A DNA stretch of 64,000 nucleotides from an uncultured delta proteobacterium (GTDB lineage: Bacteria; Desulfobacterota; RBG-13-43-22): NCBI GenBank assembly GCA_963743305.1, contig CAVUPH010000024.1:1-64000 (forward strand), in the 5' to 3' direction. Each line of letters opens with the position of its first letter. Position 1 is the stretch's first letter. Of this stretch, positions 61,893-64,000 are shown in pieces. The position numbers were made by a program, and so were the translations under genes. The notes beneath the pieces are model-generated. The model made no database searches, was not told the origin of the DNA, and worked only from the letters and a program-made list of their open reading frames with translations.

Positions 61893-62438
61893 ATGACGGA
61901 TGACCAATTAATCCACCGGATTCGGGACGGGGATATCGGGGCCTTTGAGCAACTGGTCATCCGTTATCAGAAACCGATATATTCCTTTGTGTTGAGGATG
62001 CTGAAAAATCCCATGGACGCGGAGGATACCGTTCAGAAAGTATTTCTGCTGGCCTTTCAAAACTTGAAAGGATTTCGTTTTGAATCCAGCTTTAAAACTT
62101 GGCTTTTTCGCATTAGCATCAACCAATGCCATAATCATTTCCGGCAACAGAAAAAGAGAGAATTCACTCCTTTGGAGGAAATACCCCTAGCCGACCCCCA
62201 AAATAGTCAGGAGGATGAATTTTCACGAAGGGAATTAAGGGGACAGGCCCAAAAGGCCATTGAAAGGCTTCCCCCCAAACAAAAAATGGTACTATTATTA
62301 CGGGTAGACCAGGACCTTTCCTTTGAAGAAATCGGAAAGGCCCTTAATATGAGAGCCAATTCGGCCAAGGTTAATTTTCACTATGCCCTGGAAAAAGTGA
62401 AGGACTGGATCAAGACCCACCATGAAAACCAAAGGTAG
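61893..62438 (+). CDS. ECF sigma factor
   Basis: AFEQLV.RYQ, DAED, FKTWLFRI and a region 4 HTH. Confidence 0.92.
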   Translation: MTDDQLIHRIRDGDIGAFEQLVIRYQKPIYSFVLRMLKNPMDAEDTVQKVFLLAFQNLKGFRFESSFKTWLFRISINQCHNHFRQQKKREFTPLEEIPLADPQNSQEDEFSRRELRGQAQKAIERLPPKQKMVLLLRVDQDLSFEEIGKALNMRANSAKVNFHYALEKVKDWIKTHHENQR

Positions 62439-63102
62439 CTGCGCGAAAATCAGGATACGGCTGGGGGATTATGCCGGTCAACCGCTGACCGGCACCGGAG
62501 CCGAACGGGTCCGGGATCATCTTTCCCGTTGTCCGGATTGTCAAAGTTTTCACGAAGAAAACACCAAGATCATAGACGCCCTTCGAGAGGAAACCCCGCC
62601 CGACCCCGGGTCGGAGTTCTGGAGCCGGATGACCTCCGGGATCATGGCCGAGGTACGTCATCTGGAAGGCCGGCCTCTGCCGTGGTACCGGAGACCCTGG
62701 TCCAACCCTTGGGCCTGGCCGGTGTACGCTTGGTCTCCGGCCCTGATTCTCCTGATCTTCATCGCCGGCTTCTATTATTATGCTTCTTTTTCCAAACCCA
62801 TTTTATTAGTAAAAAACGGGTTACCCGCGGCCGAATCACGACTTGAGGATATCGGCGATTCCCTGGCGGACCCGCTCCTGACCCTGACCCCTCAGGAATC
62901 AACCCGCCTGGGAAAAAGGATGGAGCGCCGATTGGCCCGCGAACTGTATGCCAAAAATGTTGAAGCGGAGGAAGCCGTGTTAGACTGGGATTTGTCCAAC
63001 CGCCTGGAAACGTTATCCATCAAAGACCTAAATGAAGTAGCGGAAAAATTGCGGACCGGCACCCCTGCCGGGGCCAAGGAGGTCACGGAAAATGTGTCGT
63101 AA
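62422..63102 (+). CDS. Zinc-finger (HxxxCxxC) anti-sigma factor
   Basis: HLSRCPDC motif plus one TM helix; overlaps the sigma gene. Confidence 0.85.
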   Translation: MKTKGSCAKIRIRLGDYAGQPLTGTGAERVRDHLSRCPDCQSFHEENTKIIDALREETPPDPGSEFWSRMTSGIMAEVRHLEGRPLPWYRRPWSNPWAWPVYAWSPALILLIFIAGFYYYASFSKPILLVKNGLPAAESRLEDIGDSLADPLLTLTPQESTRLGKRMERRLARELYAKNVEAEEAVLDWDLSNRLETLSIKDLNEVAEKLRTGTPAGAKEVTENVS

Positions 63103-63625
63103 GTTACTACTAGGGACTTTGATCGGATGTCTGGCTTTCGGCACGGGCTCCCTCACGGCCCAAACCTACCGAGAACCCCTGGATCAACGGGAAAAATCAC
63201 GGGAGCGGATTCAGATGGTCCGCATGTTGAAATTGACCCAGACCTTAAAGTTGGACCGGGAGTCGGCCGGCCGCTTTTTCGCTGTGGGCGCCCAATACGA
63301 GCAGACCAAACGGCATATCAGGCATGATCTTCAGGAGGATATTCAGCGCCTGCGGAACCTCACCCGAGATCTTAACGCTCCGGAAAAAGAACTGCGGGAG
63401 ACAGTCCTGCGGATCAAGAACCGAAAAAAGGATTTAAACGACCTGAATAATAGACAGATCGAAGAAGAATTGAGCCTCCTCCGGCCGGATCAACAGGCCC
63501 GCTACATCCTCTTTACGATTGACTTCCATAGGGAGATGGAAGGCATTCTTCGAGAAATCCGGGAAGAACGGCCGATGGAAAAGAGGCCAGAGCATGGACC
63601 CCGCCCTCCGCTGGAAGGGTCATAA
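63092..63625 (+). CDS. Periplasmic Spy/CpxP-like helical protein
   Basis: Signal peptide and LLRPDQQAR (LTxEQ-like) motif; third gene of the ECF module. Confidence 0.65.
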   Translation: MCRKLLLGTLIGCLAFGTGSLTAQTYREPLDQREKSRERIQMVRMLKLTQTLKLDRESAGRFFAVGAQYEQTKRHIRHDLQEDIQRLRNLTRDLNAPEKELRETVLRIKNRKKDLNDLNNRQIEEELSLLRPDQQARYILFTIDFHREMEGILREIREERPMEKRPEHGPRPPLEGS

Positions 63626-63652
63626 GGAAAGAAACCGCTAATTTAATTCCTC

Positions 63653-64000
63653 ATGAAACTGAAAGACAAAGTAATCCTGGTTACCGGTGCCGGCCAGGGG
63701 ATCGGCCGGGCCATCGCGGTGTTGTCCGCCCGTGAAGGCGCCCGAGTCGCCCTGGTCGACCGTAATGAAACCGCTGCCCGGGAAACCCTGGATCAAATAA
63801 ATTCACTCGGGAGCGAGGGGCTTTTAATCCTCAGGGATATAACTTTGGATCAGGCCGTTCCGGAAATCATCGAACAGGTCCGGGCCCGTTGGACTCGTCT
63901 CGATATTTTAGTCAACAATGCTGGGTTTGACCGGCCCGCCGGCATCTTTAAGATCAAAGATCCGGAATGGGACGCCGTCCTGGGGGTCCACCTCAAAGCG
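63653..64000 (+). CDS. Short-chain dehydrogenase/reductase, partial
   Basis: MKLKDKVILVTGAGQGIG...DILVNNAG runs off the window edge. Confidence 0.88.
   Translation, partial: MKLKDKVILVTGAGQGIGRAIAVLSAREGARVALVDRNETAARETLDQINSLGSEGLLILRDITLDQAVPEIIEQVRARWTRLDILVNNAGFDRPAGIFKIKDPEWDAVLGVHLKA

Overview
64 kb of GC-rich bacterial chromosome. Gene content (sigma54 regulators, three Liv-type binding proteins, acyl-CoA ligases, DUF362/polyferredoxin) suggests a Desulfobacterota/deltaproteobacterial genome, which is an inference. The left edge holds the start of a type I-C-like cas operon (cas5 plus a probable cas8) behind a decayed cas3 HD fragment and a patch of gene relics. No CRISPR array is visible. 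Most of the window is housekeeping or transport: der, amgK/murU, lon, larC, greA, dGTPase, lptG, aconitase, two MtaD-like deaminases, PNP, prfB with its programmed frameshift, lnt and an ECF sigma module. Palindromic intergenic repeats are abundant. Many genes carry frameshifts, probably in part assembly indels. The standout is a co-oriented minus-strand island at 40158-50744, between convergent host genes. It encodes an adenylate cyclase-STAND-TPR regulator, a DDxxD class-I isoprenoid-synthase-fold protein, a radical SAM enzyme with a degenerate SPASM domain, an 89-aa Nif11-like putative precursor ending in LETGY, a second (B12-type) radical SAM enzyme, a cytoplasmic S8 protease and a CrtI-like FAD oxidoreductase. 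It is best read as a candidate uncharacterised prenylated, radical-SAM-modified RiPP pathway. All family calls come from motif recognition only; no searches were run.
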